Counted from the stretch's first letter, positions 38,500 through 49,160 are shown. The stretch is 64,000 nucleotides of DNA from Phycisphaerae bacterium (GCA_011050235.1 DRGC01000021.1:6081-70080), one strand, 5' to 3'. Notes: generated by a model from the letters alone, not told the origin. Program-made: numbers and translations.

Positions 38500-38666
38500 A
38501 AATTTCAAATCTCAAGAAACAAGATACAAAGACAAACCCCACAGCGCGACCATTCGGATCAGGCTGCTGTTTGTATCTTGTATCTTGAGATTTGGCGAGC
38601 CCTGCCGCGCGGTCATTCGGATCGGGCCGAGGACTAGCCCGGTTCCCAGCTCCTGGTTCCCGGTTC
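38500..38666. repeat. 24-bp inverted repeat built from heptamers, plus tandem heptamers
   Basis: AAATCTCAAGAAACAAGATACAAA (38507-38530) versus TTTGTATCTTGTATCTTGAGATTT (38570-38593), one mismatch. CCGGTTC-like x4 at 38639-38666. Confidence 0.8.
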
Positions 38667-38671
38667 CCAAT

Positions 38672-40261
38672 CTATTTCGCGATTTCGGTGCAGCGGGTCT
38701 CGCGGATGAGGGTGACCTTGATCTCGCCGGGGTATTCCATCTCATCTTCGATCCGGCGCGCGATGTCGCGAGCGATCTTGGACGATAATCGGTCGTCGAC
38801 ATTGGCGGCGTCGACGATGACGCGGACCTCTCGGCCGGCCTGGATGGCGTAGGCCTGCTGGACGCCCTCGAAGGTCGTGGCGATTTCCTCGAGCTTCTGG
38901 AGCCGTTGGATGTATCGCTCGACCGTGTCGCGTCGCGCCCCCGGTCGCGAGGCGCTGATGGCGTCGGCGGCGGCGACGATGGGCGTGTAGATGCTCTTGG
39001 CCTCGATGTCGCCATGGTGGGCGGCGGCGGCCTCGATGACCTCGGGGCGTTCCTTGTATCGCGTGAGCAGTTCGGCGCCGATTTGCGGATGGCTGCCCTC
39101 GGCCTCGTGGTCGACGGCCTTGCCGATGTCGTGGAGCAGCCCGCAGCGCCTGGCCAGCGCGCCGTTGAGGCCGAACTCCTCGGCGATCATCTGCGAGATG
39201 AAGGCAACCTCCATCGAATGCTGCAGGACGTTTTGGCCATAGCTGGTGCGAAACTTGAGCCGCCCCAGCAACTCCACCAGCCTCGCGTGGACGCCGCGGA
39301 GCTTGGCCTCCATGAGGGTCGTTCGCCCGGCCTCGATGATCTCCTTGCGGAGGTCTTTCTCGGTCGAGGCGACAAGTTCCTCGATGCGGGTCGGGTGGAT
39401 TCGCCCGTCCTGGATCAGCCGATTTAGCGCGCGGCGGGCGACCTCGCGGCGGATGGGGTCGAAGCTGGAGACGACCACGACGCCGGGGGTGTCGTCAACG
39501 ATGACATCCACGCCGGTGGCCTTCTCGAAGGCGCGGATGTTGCGTCCTTCGCGGCCGATGACGCGTCCCTTGACGTCGTCGGAGGAGATATCCACCGTCG
39601 CGACGGTCGATTCGACGGTCTGGTCGGCGGCGTATCGCTGGAGGGCCATCACAATGACTTCACGGGCCTCGCGTTCGGCCGTCTCGCGGGCGTGTTCGAG
39701 CTTTTGCTGGATGATCTGGGCGGTTTCCCGCTCCATATCCTTATCGAGTCGCGACAGCAGCATCTCGCGGGCCTGCTCCTCGTTGAGATTGGCGATCTTC
39801 ATCAACTGCGACCGCTGCTGGGCGATCAGGTCGTTGAGTTGCCGGTCCTTGGCCGCCAAGGCGTTTTCCCGCTCCTTGAGCGCCTGCTGTGCGGCTTCGG
39901 CCATCCGCTCGCGGGCGTGGAGGGTTTCGAGCTTCTGGTCGATCAGGTCCTCGCGCTTGGCGAGGCGTTTTTCCTCGGTCCGCAGTTCGCCCCTCGCGTC
40001 GTGGGTTTCTTCGTCGAACTTTTTGCGGCGGGTGTGAAACTCGGTCTCGGCGCTGGCCTTGGCCTCGGCGACGATCTTGGCGGCCTCGGCCTCGGCGGTG
40101 GTGCGGCGCATCTTGAGTTCCCGGGTGGAACTCGACCGCCGGGCGCGTTCGATGACCTTCATCGCCACGACGGTCAGGGCCACCAGAATCAGCGCCCCAA
40201 CGAGGGTCAACACATCGCCCAGCGCGCCGTTATTCGCAGCAAGAGTCAACACGGACTCCAT
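38672..40261 (-). CDS. rny: Ribonuclease Y
   Basis: N-terminal TM, coiled coil, KH domain [22 protein letters not shown] motif [14 protein letters not shown]. Confidence 0.96.
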   Translation of the reverse strand: MESVLTLAANNGALGDVLTLVGALILVALTVVAMKVIERARRSSSTRELKMRRTTAEAEAAKIVAEAKASAETEFHTRRKKFDEETHDARGELRTEEKRLAKREDLIDQKLETLHARERMAEAAQQALKERENALAAKDRQLNDLIAQQRSQLMKIANLNEEQAREMLLSRLDKDMERETAQIIQQKLEHARETAEREAREVIVMALQRYAADQTVESTVATVDISSDDVKGRVIGREGRNIRAFEKATGVDVIVDDTPGVVVVSSFDPIRREVARRALNRLIQDGRIHPTRIEELVASTEKDLRKEIIEAGRTTLMEAKLRGVHARLVELLGRLKFRTSYGQNVLQHSMEVAFISQMIAEEFGLNGALARRCGLLHDIGKAVDHEAEGSHPQIGAELLTRYKERPEVIEAAAAHHGDIEAKSIYTPIVAAADAISASRPGARRDTVERYIQRLQKLEEIATTFEGVQQAYAIQAGREVRVIVDAANVDDRLSSKIARDIARRIEDEMEYPGEIKVTLIRETRCTEIAK

Positions 40262-40511
40262 GGCTATATCCTTTCCATGGTGACGCGCCGAGAGGTCGGC
40301 AAGGTATGCAGGCGCCGGGCGAACACACCACCCAGCCGGTTTGCGGCTTCATTCACCCCAGCAACATAAACGCATCGATTTCCTCAGGCCCTTCGTGGGC
40401 TGTGGCGGCCGGCCTCCAGTCGGTCCGGGTCTGCCGGCCGGCCGGATGCTGAACGTTCACGTGTTGAGTATCGATTGCGTAGCATTCTACGTCGCTGTAT
40501 CTTTCCTGGCG

Positions 40512-40695
40512 TATGACCCGAGGGTATTCGCCAGCGGGTGAATCTCATCAACGGCCCTCGCTGCGGCGCCCTTGGAAACCCACGCTACCTCCCGAGAGGA
40601 GGCGACGCTGCAGCGCATCTGGTCATATCAAATACGTCGACCCAGTGGCCGTCACCGAAACCGTACTGCATACCTGCCCCAGGGGGCTCGGTAAC
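40512..40695 (-). ncRNA. ssrS: 6S RNA (predicted)
   Basis: About 180-nt rod-like hairpin: terminal CCGAG/CTCGG and GGTAT/ATACC, GACGGCC/GGCCGTT, inner CGCTGC/GCAGCG, with an unpaired central region. Upstream of and co-oriented with rny, a known ssrS context. Ends approximate. Confidence 0.7.
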
Positions 40696-41127
40696 TGTCA
40701 CCGCTAAACCGGTCGATCGCCGGCGATCACACAAACCGCCAGCCATCAGGCCGATTGCTTAACACGGGTATGATACTACAGGTACTCGACCGCCGTCAAG
40801 ATCAATCCGCGTATTCACACAGGCCGGTCTTGGCCCAGGGATGCCGGAGGCGGAAACTCGAGAAGTGAGCCTGCAAGTCCTTATAAACACGGCTGTTACG
40901 TGTTGGGCCTGTAAGGGGTCGTCCACCACCGGTCCGGAGCCGTCATCGGCCGGGGGAAGTGTAAGAGAAGCAGCCCACACGAATTCAGTATAATGAGGTC
41001 TACCGGACTCGGTATGATAAGCCGCCAGGTGTACCGTCGGCCGGGAAGGAACAATGATTTACGGCCATGGCGGTTGTCTTGAGATCACCAAGGCTGTGTT
41101 GGGAAATACGGCCACAGGAAACATGCC

Positions 41128-41589
41128 ATGGAAGAACGCCTTAGCTCGATCTTGTCGTCCTACGAGGGCAAGCGAGAGGAACTGATCCCCATCCTGCAGC
41201 AGATCCAGGGGGAGTTCGGCTATCTGCCCGAGCAGGCCATGCTCGAGATCGCCCGCTTTGCCCGCGTGCCCGAAAGCAGCGTCTACGCGATCGCGACGTT
41301 TTACACCCAGTTCCGCTTCACGCCGATCGGCAAGAAACACGTCATGGTCTGCCGGGGGACCGCGTGCTATGTCCGCGGCGCGTCGCGGGTCCTGGAGACG
41401 GTTGAGGAGCTTCTGGGCATCAAGGAAGGCGAGACCACCGAGGACATGGAGTACTCGCTGGAGACGGTGGCCTGCATCGGGGCGTGCGGCCTGTCGCCGT
41501 GCATCATGATCAACAAGAAGGTCGAGGCGAAAATGACACGCAAGAGGTTGACGGACGTGCTGGGCAAAGGGGAGGCGGCCGAAGCATGA
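41128..41589 (+). CDS. NuoE/HydC-like [2Fe-2S] subunit of formate dehydrogenase
   Basis: LIPILQ, GYLP, ATFY, VCRGTAC..CIGAC. Confidence 0.93.
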   Translation: MEERLSSILSSYEGKREELIPILQQIQGEFGYLPEQAMLEIARFARVPESSVYAIATFYTQFRFTPIGKKHVMVCRGTACYVRGASRVLETVEELLGIKEGETTEDMEYSLETVACIGACGLSPCIMINKKVEAKMTRKRLTDVLGKGEAAEA

Positions 41590-43466
41590 GTCTTGAAGAC
41601 ACCAGGGCCAACGCCCAACAGCAGTGGCAGGCGTTGCAGGATAGCGACAAGCCCGTGATTCTTGTGGGCACGGCTACGTGCGGCCGAGCCGCCGGGGCGC
41701 TGGAGGTCCTTGACGTGTTTCGTGACGAGCTGCCGCGGCGCGGCATCGATGCGACGATCGTGGAGGTCGGCTGTCTCGGGCTCTGCTACGTCGAGCCGCT
41801 CGTCTGCATCACCAAGCCGCCTCGGCCCGGAATCTGCTATACGAACGTCACGCCCAAAAAGGCGGTCGCCCTGATCGAAGGCTATCTCGTCAACGACGAT
41901 TGTCAGGCCGGCATGGCGCTGGGCGTCCTTGGCGATCAGGGGCTGGAGGGTATCGCCCCGTTGCTGGAAACGCCGGTCTTCAAGCATCAGGTGCGGCGCA
42001 CGCTGGCCAGGTGCGGCGTGATCGATCCGAGCAATTTCGATCACTACCTCGCCCACGACGGCTATGCCGGGCTGACGAAAGCGCTGAAGGTCGGGCCCGA
42101 GCAGGTGATCGAGGAAGTCAAGAACTCCGGCCTGCGCGGCCGGGGCGGGGCGGGCTTCCCGACGTGGCGCAAGTGGCAGCTCTGCCGCGAAGCACCGGGC
42201 GATGAGAAATACCTGGTCTGCAATGCCGACGAGGGCGATCCAGGCGCGTTCATGAACCGGTCGCTGCTGGAGGGTGACCCGCACGCGCTGTTGGAGGGGA
42301 TGTTGATCGCCGGCTACGCCATCGGCGCCGAGACGAGCTACATCTATTGCCGAGCGGAATATCCGTTGGCCCTGGAAAGGGTGCGGATGGCCATCGATCA
42401 GGCCAAGCAGCACGGCCTGCTGGGCGAGGACATCCTGGGGTCGGGATTCAACTTCCACATCAAGGTCAAGGAAGGGGCCGGGGCGTTCGTCTGCGGCGAG
42501 GAGACGGCGCTGATCGCCTCGATCGAGGGCGAGCGGGGCATGCCTCGGTCGCGGCCTCCCTTCCCGGCCGTCGCGGGGTTGTGGCAAAAGCCGACCATCA
42601 TCAACAATGTCGAGACCCTCGCCGGGGTCGCCCTGATCCTCCAGCACGGCGCCGACTGGTTCGCCGAATACGGAACCGAGCAGAGCAAGGGCACCAAGAC
42701 GTTCGCCCTGGTCGGTCAGGTCAAGAACACCGGTCTGGTCGAAGTGCCGATGGGCACCACGCTGCGAAAGATGATCTTTGATATTGGCGGCGGCGTGTTG
42801 GGCGACAAGCCCTTCAAGGCCGTCCAGACCGGCGGCCCATCGGGCGGATGCATCCCCGCGAGCCTGCTGGATACGCCGGTCGATTACGACTCGCTCGCCG
42901 CGGCCGGGTCCATCATGGGCTCGGGCGGCATGGTGGTGATGGATGAAGACACGTGCATGGTCGACTTCGCGCGTTACTTCCTCGACTTCGCCCAGAAGGA
43001 ATCGTGCGGCAAGTGCGTTCCGTGCCGGCTGGGCACGAAGCAACTGCTGGATATCCTGACGGACATCACGCAGGGCAAGGGCACGACAGAAGACATCGAC
43101 TTGCTCGTCGAACTGGGCGAGGCGATCAAGATGGGGTCGCTCTGTGGGCTGGGCCAGACCGCGCCCAACCCGGTGCTGACCACGATCCGCTATTTCCGCG
43201 ACGAGTATGAAGCGCATGTGATCGACAAGCGATGTCCATCCGGTACGTGTCGGGCGCTGACGCAGTTTGTGATCGTCCCCGAGACGTGCACGGGCTGCGG
43301 GCTGTGTCGGGCGGCCTGTCCGGTCGAGGCGATCCTGGGCGAGAAGAAGGCGACCCACGAAATCATCGACGAGCGGTGCACGCGGTGCGGCGCCTGCCGG
43401 GAGGCGTGTCCATTCGGTGCGGTGACGGTCGCTGAGGCAAAGCAAGACAAACAATTGAGCGGGTAA
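41586..43466 (+). CDS. NuoF/HydB-like FMN/NADH-binding subunit with extra N-terminal [2Fe-2S] and C-terminal 2x[4Fe-4S] domains
   Basis: GLRGRGGAGFPT, NADEGDPGAFM, CGEETAL, GGPSGG, ESCGKCVPCR, two CxxCxxCxxxCP. Start ATG 41586 overlaps the previous stop. Confidence 0.93.
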   Translation: MSLEDTRANAQQQWQALQDSDKPVILVGTATCGRAAGALEVLDVFRDELPRRGIDATIVEVGCLGLCYVEPLVCITKPPRPGICYTNVTPKKAVALIEGYLVNDDCQAGMALGVLGDQGLEGIAPLLETPVFKHQVRRTLARCGVIDPSNFDHYLAHDGYAGLTKALKVGPEQVIEEVKNSGLRGRGGAGFPTWRKWQLCREAPGDEKYLVCNADEGDPGAFMNRSLLEGDPHALLEGMLIAGYAIGAETSYIYCRAEYPLALERVRMAIDQAKQHGLLGEDILGSGFNFHIKVKEGAGAFVCGEETALIASIEGERGMPRSRPPFPAVAGLWQKPTIINNVETLAGVALILQHGADWFAEYGTEQSKGTKTFALVGQVKNTGLVEVPMGTTLRKMIFDIGGGVLGDKPFKAVQTGGPSGGCIPASLLDTPVDYDSLAAAGSIMGSGGMVVMDEDTCMVDFARYFLDFAQKESCGKCVPCRLGTKQLLDILTDITQGKGTTEDIDLLVELGEAIKMGSLCGLGQTAPNPVLTTIRYFRDEYEAHVIDKRCPSGTCRALTQFVIVPETCTGCGLCRAACPVEAILGEKKATHEIIDERCTRCGACREACPFGAVTVAEAKQDKQLSG

Positions 43467-43475
43467 GGCGGACCG

Positions 43476-46169
43476 ATGGTACAGGACAAGATCACACTCA
43501 CGATAGATCACACCGAGGTGGTCGCCGACAGCGGCGCGACCATTCTGGAAGCGGCTCTGGCTGGCGGCATCTATATCCCGCACCTTTGCTATCATCCGGA
43601 CCTGGAACCCGCGGGCGTCTGCCGGTTGTGCATGGTCGAGATCGAAGGGCGAGGCCTGACGATCGCCTGCCGGGCCCCCGTGGCCGAAGGGCTCGTCGTC
43701 CGCACCGAGAGTCCGGAGATTGACAAGGTGCGCCGGGTGGCGATGGAGCTGCTGATCGCCAACCACCATGTCGATTGCCTGGCCTGCGGGCAGGACGGAA
43801 ACTGCGCGATCCAGAAGACGTCCGCCTACATTGGGATCTCCGAAGAGCGCCTGGACGCCCTCCGCAAACGCGAAGCCTCCTCTCCCATCGACACGTCCAA
43901 CCCATTCTTCGACCGCGACCCCAACAAGTGCGTCCTGTGCGGCATCTGCATTCGTACATGTGTGGAGCTTCAGCGGGTCAGTGCCATCGATTTCGCTTTC
44001 CGCGGGCCGGAGACCATCGTCGGGACGTTCGCCAACAGGCCCCTCGCCGAAAGCCGATGCGAATCGTGCGGCGAGTGTGTGGTCCGGTGCCCGGTCGGGG
44101 CGCTGCTGCCCAAGAAGTTCCAGCAACCCGCGCGCGAGGTGAGAACGGTGTGCACCTATTGCGGCGTTGGGTGCGGCCTCTACCTGGGCGTTCGCGGCGA
44201 CACGGTGGTCAGCGCACGCGGCGATGACGACAGCCCGGTCAACAAGGGGAGCCTGTGCGTGAAGGGCCGGTTCGGCTTCAAATTCATCAACCATCCGGAT
44301 CGCCTGACTGCGCCGCTGATCCGCAAGGATGGCACACTCACCGAAGCCACGTGGGACGAAGCCCTGCAACTGGTCGCGGACAAACTGTCGACGTATCACG
44401 GCGACCAGTTCGCCACGCTCTCGTCGGCCAAGTGCACCAACGAGGAGAACTATCTCATCCAGAAGTTCACCCGGGCGGTGATGGGGACGAACAACATCGA
44501 TCACTGCGCCCGGCTGTGCCACGCCCCGACCGTCGCCGGCCTGGTCCAAAGCCTCGGCAGCGGCGCCATGACCAACTCGATCAACGAGGTCATGGGGGCG
44601 GCGTGCATCCTGGCGGTGGGCACCAACACGACGGCCGCCCACCCGGTCATCGGCCTGCAGATGAAAAAGGCCGTCGCCCGGGGCACGAAGCTTATTGTGG
44701 CCAACCCCAAGGAGATCGACCTCTGCCGCTTCGCCCATCTGTTCCTCCAGCACCGGCCCGGCTCGGATGTGGCGCTGCTGATGGGCATCATGCGCGTCAT
44801 TGTCGACGAAGGCCTGTTCGACAAAGCCTTCATCGATGAGCGATGCGAAAACTTCGAGGCCTTCAAGGCGTCGCTGGACGATTTCGATCCCCAGTTCGTC
44901 TCCCAAACCACCGGCGTGCCGTGGGAGAAAATCCAGCAGGCCGCCCGCCTCTACGCGACCGAGAAGCCCGCCTCGCTGTTCTACGCAATGGGCATCACCC
45001 AGCACACCCACGGCACGGATAACGTCCTGGCCACCAGCAATCTGGCGCTGCTGACGGGCAACGTCGGCAAGCCTTCCACCGGCGTCAATCCGCTGCGGGG
45101 GCAGAACAACGTCCAAGGCGCCTGCGACATGGGCGCCCTGCCCAATGTGTACCCGGGCTATCAGCGGGTCGACAACGACGAGATCCGGGCCAAGTTCGAG
45201 AAAGCCTGGGCCTGCTCCCTGCCCGCCGGCGCCGGCGTGACGCATGTCGAGATCTTCGACGACATCGAGCGCAAGACCATCAAGGCCCTCTACATCGTGG
45301 GCGAGAACCCCGCCGTCAGCGAAGCCAACTCCAGCCATGTGGTCGACGCCCTCAAGACGCTGGAGTTCCTCGTCGTCCAGGACATCTTTCTTTCCGAGAC
45401 CGCCGAGCTTGCCCACGTTGTCTTGCCGGCGGCCAGCTTCGCCGAAAAGAACGGAACCTTCACCAACACCGAGCGGCGCGTCCAGCGCGTCCGCCAGGTG
45501 ATCCAACCGGTCGGCCAGTCCAGGCCCGATTGGCGGATCACCTGCCAGATCGCCCAAGAGATGGGCAAGAGCGGGTTCGATTTCGCCAGCCCCGAGGACA
45601 TCCAGGACGAGATCAGGTCGTTAACGCCGAGCTACCAGGGCATCACCTATGACCGGATCGAGCAGGAGGGGCTGCAGTGGCCTTGCCCGTCAGCCGACCA
45701 CGGCGGAACGGCGATTCTTCACACCGAGCGATTCGCCACCAAGAGCGGCAAGGCGTCGTTCGTGCCGCTGACGTACAGGCCCTCGGCGGAAGTGCCTGAC
45801 AAGCAATACCCCTTCATTCTGACGACCGATCGCAGCATCTTTCATTTCCACACGGGTACAATGACACGGAACGTGCAGGGCATGGACGTGCTGAACGGCC
45901 AGGAGCTGCTCGACATCAATCCAGCCGATGCGCTCTCTCTGGAGATCGACAACGGCGCCACTGTTGAGGTGTCTTCGCGTCGAGGCCGGGTGTCGGTCAG
46001 GGCCCACATCACCGAGGCCTGTCTGCCCGGCGTGGTCTCGATGACGTTCCATTTTTCCGAAACGCCGACCAACGTCCTGACGAACTCAGCCCTGGACCCG
46101 GTGGCGAAGATTCCCGAGACGAAGGTCTGTGCCGTACAGATAGAGAAACCCGACAGCCCGGCTGGATAG
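43476..46169 (+). CDS. fdhF: Formate dehydrogenase alpha subunit (Mo/W-bis-PGD, Cys ligand)
   Basis: N-terminal FeS domains, CTYCGVGC, CVKGRFG, DHCARLCHAPT, MGITQH, PLRGQNNVQG, GTFTNTERRVQ, PETKVCAV. Confidence 0.95.
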   Translation: MVQDKITLTIDHTEVVADSGATILEAALAGGIYIPHLCYHPDLEPAGVCRLCMVEIEGRGLTIACRAPVAEGLVVRTESPEIDKVRRVAMELLIANHHVDCLACGQDGNCAIQKTSAYIGISEERLDALRKREASSPIDTSNPFFDRDPNKCVLCGICIRTCVELQRVSAIDFAFRGPETIVGTFANRPLAESRCESCGECVVRCPVGALLPKKFQQPAREVRTVCTYCGVGCGLYLGVRGDTVVSARGDDDSPVNKGSLCVKGRFGFKFINHPDRLTAPLIRKDGTLTEATWDEALQLVADKLSTYHGDQFATLSSAKCTNEENYLIQKFTRAVMGTNNIDHCARLCHAPTVAGLVQSLGSGAMTNSINEVMGAACILAVGTNTTAAHPVIGLQMKKAVARGTKLIVANPKEIDLCRFAHLFLQHRPGSDVALLMGIMRVIVDEGLFDKAFIDERCENFEAFKASLDDFDPQFVSQTTGVPWEKIQQAARLYATEKPASLFYAMGITQHTHGTDNVLATSNLALLTGNVGKPSTGVNPLRGQNNVQGACDMGALPNVYPGYQRVDNDEIRAKFEKAWACSLPAGAGVTHVEIFDDIERKTIKALYIVGENPAVSEANSSHVVDALKTLEFLVVQDIFLSETAELAHVVLPAASFAEKNGTFTNTERRVQRVRQVIQPVGQSRPDWRITCQIAQEMGKSGFDFASPEDIQDEIRSLTPSYQGITYDRIEQEGLQWPCPSADHGGTAILHTERFATKSGKASFVPLTYRPSAEVPDKQYPFILTTDRSIFHFHTGTMTRNVQGMDVLNGQELLDINPADALSLEIDNGATVEVSSRRGRVSVRAHITEACLPGVVSMTFHFSETPTNVLTNSALDPVAKIPETKVCAVQIEKPDSPAG

Positions 46170-46191
46170 GAACGCAAAGCGCGGAGGCCAG

Positions 46192-46485
46192 ATGAGAATC
46201 AGCGTTCATGTGCAGATGGCGGCCATGGAGCAGCTTCGCCGGTTCGTCGAGGCCGAGGGGATCGGCATTGACCCGGTCACTGACCCGACCTGCGACGTGA
46301 CGATCGCCCCCGGCGACAAGGGCCAAAGCAGCGATCTGACGACGATCTACGCCGGCGGATCGATCGCGTGCGCGACGGCGTTCGAGCTGGCCGCCAAGCT
46401 TGGTATTTCCCAGACGAAGATGGGCAAGCTGCTGGACCATCTGGATGTGAAGGTCCGCCACTGTCAGTTGGGCTGCTTTGGCTGA
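46192..46485 (+). CDS. Small conserved hypothetical protein (C-terminal CQLGCF)
   Basis: GGAGG RBS, in-operon position, CATAFELA..CQLGCF. Confidence 0.75.
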   Translation: MRISVHVQMAAMEQLRRFVEAEGIGIDPVTDPTCDVTIAPGDKGQSSDLTTIYAGGSIACATAFELAAKLGISQTKMGKLLDHLDVKVRHCQLGCFG

Positions 46486-46508
46486 TCCGGCGGTATGAGG
46501 ACGATGCA

Positions 46509-47348
46509 ATGACGGATAATGTTGAGACAACAACCCCGCAGACAGCCGAGACGAGCTGCCGCATTGAATTGGTTCGTGTGGACGAGCGGTCGGGCGCCCC
46601 GCAGCGGATGACCGATCAGGTGGTCGTCGAGGACGTCATCACGATCATGGTCCGGGATGTCGGGAGCTTCACGTTCCTGTGCACGCCCGCCGATCTGGAA
46701 GCGTTGGCTGTCGGGTTCGCCTATTCCGAGGGGATGATCGATTCGATCGACGACATCGTCAACGTGGCGATCGGCAAGGCCGACCCCGCCACCGTCAGCA
46801 TGCAGGTGGCCGACCCGTCCGGCGTGGCGACCAAGCGGAACATGATCGTGGCCAGCTCGTGCGGCATGTGCGGGGCGCGGGGCATCGACAAGGCCCTGTC
46901 GCAGACCCCGCCGTGCGGCCGGACGCTGCAGATAACCCGCCACAGCCTGATTGCCGTCACCGAACAGTTGCAGTCGATGCAGGATGTCTTTCGCCGGACG
47001 GGCGGTTCGCACGCCAGCGGCATCTTCACCCCCGACGGGCGGATCGTCGCCTTCGCCGAAGACCTCGGCCGCCACAACTCGCTGGACAAGGCGATCGGCC
47101 AGGCGCTGCTCAACGGGCAGGATATGGCCGGCTGCGGGATGGCGCTATCGGGACGGGTGACGTTCGAGATGGTCGCCAAGGCTGCCCGCGCGCGCGTCGA
47201 GTTGATCGCGGCGGTCTCGGCGCCGTCGTCGTTCGCCATCGAGACGGCCGAGCGATGGAACATGACCCTGTGCGGATTCGTTCGGCCCGGCCGGGCGAAC
47301 GTCTACACCCACCCGGACCGCATCTTGGACCTGTTCGAGGCACTATGA
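46509..47348 (+). CDS. fdhD: Formate dehydrogenase accessory sulfurtransferase FdhD
   Basis: SSCGMCG, TGGSHAS, EDLGRHNSLDKAIG, SGRV, SAPSS. Start re-called at MTDNVE. Confidence 0.95.
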   Translation: MTDNVETTTPQTAETSCRIELVRVDERSGAPQRMTDQVVVEDVITIMVRDVGSFTFLCTPADLEALAVGFAYSEGMIDSIDDIVNVAIGKADPATVSMQVADPSGVATKRNMIVASSCGMCGARGIDKALSQTPPCGRTLQITRHSLIAVTEQLQSMQDVFRRTGGSHASGIFTPDGRIVAFAEDLGRHNSLDKAIGQALLNGQDMAGCGMALSGRVTFEMVAKAARARVELIAAVSAPSSFAIETAERWNMTLCGFVRPGRANVYTHPDRILDLFEAL

Positions 47349-48379
47349 CGCGTCGGGCGGCTATCCTTTGTTGCGTCGCGCTGGCGGCCGTTACCGTCGC
47401 CGGTTGCCGGAGCGAATCCCGCGACGCCGCCACAGACTCCGACGCTATCAGCGGCGATTTGATCCTCTTTCACGCCGGGAGCCTGACCGTGCCGCTTCAG
47501 GAGGTCTCGAAGTTGTTCATGGCCCGCTACCCGGGCGTGACGGTCAAGGCCGAGGCCGCCGGCAGCCGCCAGTGCGCCCGCAAGATCAGCGACCTCGGCC
47601 GCCCGGGCGACGTGTTCGCCTCGGCCGACTACCGCGTCGCCCAGAACCTCCTCATGCTCAAGTTCGCCCGCTTCAACATCCGCTTCGCCGCCAACGAAAT
47701 GGTCATCGCCTACACCGACCGCTCTATCGGCGGCGAATCGATCTCGACCGACAACTGGCCCGAGATCGTCCTGCGACGCGACGTCGCCTGCGGGCGCTCC
47801 GACCCCAACAGCGACCCGTGCGGCTACCGGACCTTGATGATGTTCCAACTGGCGGAGCGGCATTACGGCATCGATCACCTCGCCGACAAGCTTGCCGGGC
47901 GGCGCTGGCACATTCGGCCAAAGGAGACCGATCTGCTGGTGCTGCTGGAGATGGGCGAGATCGATTACCTGTTCATCTATCGCTCCGTAGCCGCCCAGCA
48001 CGGGCTGAAGATGGTCCTCCTGCCGGACGAGGTGAACCTGCGGTCGCCGGTGCTGGCGGAGGTCTATCGCAGCGCGGCCGTGCCCGTCACGGGCAAACGG
48101 CCGGGCGAAACCATCACGCGCGTGGGCGAGCCGATCGTGTACTCCGTCACGATCCCCACGACCGCGGAAAATCCCAAGGCCGCCGAGGCCTACATCGCGC
48201 TGCTGCTATCGCCGGCGGGGCAGGCTATCATGGCGCGTCACGGCCAGCCCAGCGTGGACGCTGTCGCCGACGAGTACGACAATCTGCCGCCGGTCCTGCA
48301 GGCCCTGTGCACGCCCGCCGGGCCCGCCGCAACGGGAACGCACGACGATGACGCGACAGTCGCTCCAGCCCAGCGGTAG
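47345..48379 (+). CDS. wtpA: Tungstate/molybdate ABC transporter substrate-binding lipoprotein
   Basis: Lipobox TVAGC, FHAGSL, AGS, FASAD, SDPNSDPCGYR, RPKETDL, IYRSVA, IVYSVTIP. Confidence 0.9.
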   Translation: MTRRAAILCCVALAAVTVAGCRSESRDAATDSDAISGDLILFHAGSLTVPLQEVSKLFMARYPGVTVKAEAAGSRQCARKISDLGRPGDVFASADYRVAQNLLMLKFARFNIRFAANEMVIAYTDRSIGGESISTDNWPEIVLRRDVACGRSDPNSDPCGYRTLMMFQLAERHYGIDHLADKLAGRRWHIRPKETDLLVLLEMGEIDYLFIYRSVAAQHGLKMVLLPDEVNLRSPVLAEVYRSAAVPVTGKRPGETITRVGEPIVYSVTIPTTAENPKAAEAYIALLLSPAGQAIMARHGQPSVDAVADEYDNLPPVLQALCTPAGPAATGTHDDDATVAPAQR

Positions 48380-49160
48380 CGGGACCTGGTTCGGGCTGCT
48401 CCTGGCCCTGCTTGGATCGGCCGTGCTGCTGCTGATCGTCGCGCCGCTGCTAGGGATCGTGCTGGCCACGTCGGTGTCGGACCTCTCGCGGGCGGCCGCC
48501 GACCGCGAGGTGACCGAGTCGATCAAGCTGACGCTGCTGGCGGCGCTGGCGGCGACGACGGTCTCGGCGGTCGCCGGCGTGCCGCTGGCATATCTGCTGG
48601 CCCGAAAGCGGTTCTGGGGCAAGGGACTGGTCCTGGGCATCATCGACCTGCCGATCGTGATCCCACACTCCGCCGCCGGGATCGCGCTGCTGACCGTCAT
48701 CGGGCGCCAGTCGCCGCTGGGCAAACACGTGCTGGGCGGCGGGCTGGTCGGCACGACGGCGGGGATCGCCGTGGCGATGGCGTTCGTATCGATTCCGTTC
48801 CTCGTCAATGCCGCCCGCCTGGCATTCATGGCCGTTCCCGAACGGCTGGAACGGGCTGCCCGGACGCTGGGGGCCTCGCCCGCGCGGGTGTTCCTGACCG
48901 TCTCGCTTCCGCTGGCGTGGCGCGGCGTGCTGTCGGGGATGGTGCTGATGTGGGCGCGCGGCATCAGCGAGTTCGGCGCGGTCGTGATCATCGCCTATCA
49001 CCCGATGACCACGCCGGTGATGGTGTTCCAACGGTTCAACGATCACGGCCTGCGGTACGCCGTGTCGGTGGCGGTGCTGCTGATCGCCGTCTGCGTGACG
49101 CTGTTTGTCGTGCTCCGCCTGCTCAGCGGCGCCCGCGACAGGAGGGGCGACCATGCTTGA
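48348..49160 (+). CDS. wtpB: Tungstate/molybdate ABC transporter permease
   Basis: DLPIVIPHSAAGIALL, ERAARTLGA, WARGISEFGA. Confidence 0.9.
   Translation: MTRQSLQPSGSGTWFGLLLALLGSAVLLLIVAPLLGIVLATSVSDLSRAAADREVTESIKLTLLAALAATTVSAVAGVPLAYLLARKRFWGKGLVLGIIDLPIVIPHSAAGIALLTVIGRQSPLGKHVLGGGLVGTTAGIAVAMAFVSIPFLVNAARLAFMAVPERLERAARTLGASPARVFLTVSLPLAWRGVLSGMVLMWARGISEFGAVVIIAYHPMTTPVMVFQRFNDHGLRYAVSVAVLLIAVCVTLFVVLRLLSGARDRRGDHA

Noticed and set aside
40940..40980. GAAGCAGCC resembling SRP RNA
   Set aside because: The conserved TCAGG-N-CC-GGAA-GG-AAGCAG loop is not present
44500..44530. Possible selenocysteine in FdhF
   Set aside because: The active-site codon is TGC (Cys) in CARLCH; there is no in-frame TGA
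41367..45557. 1396-aa minus-strand ORF
   Set aside because: Antisense shadow of the fdh operon
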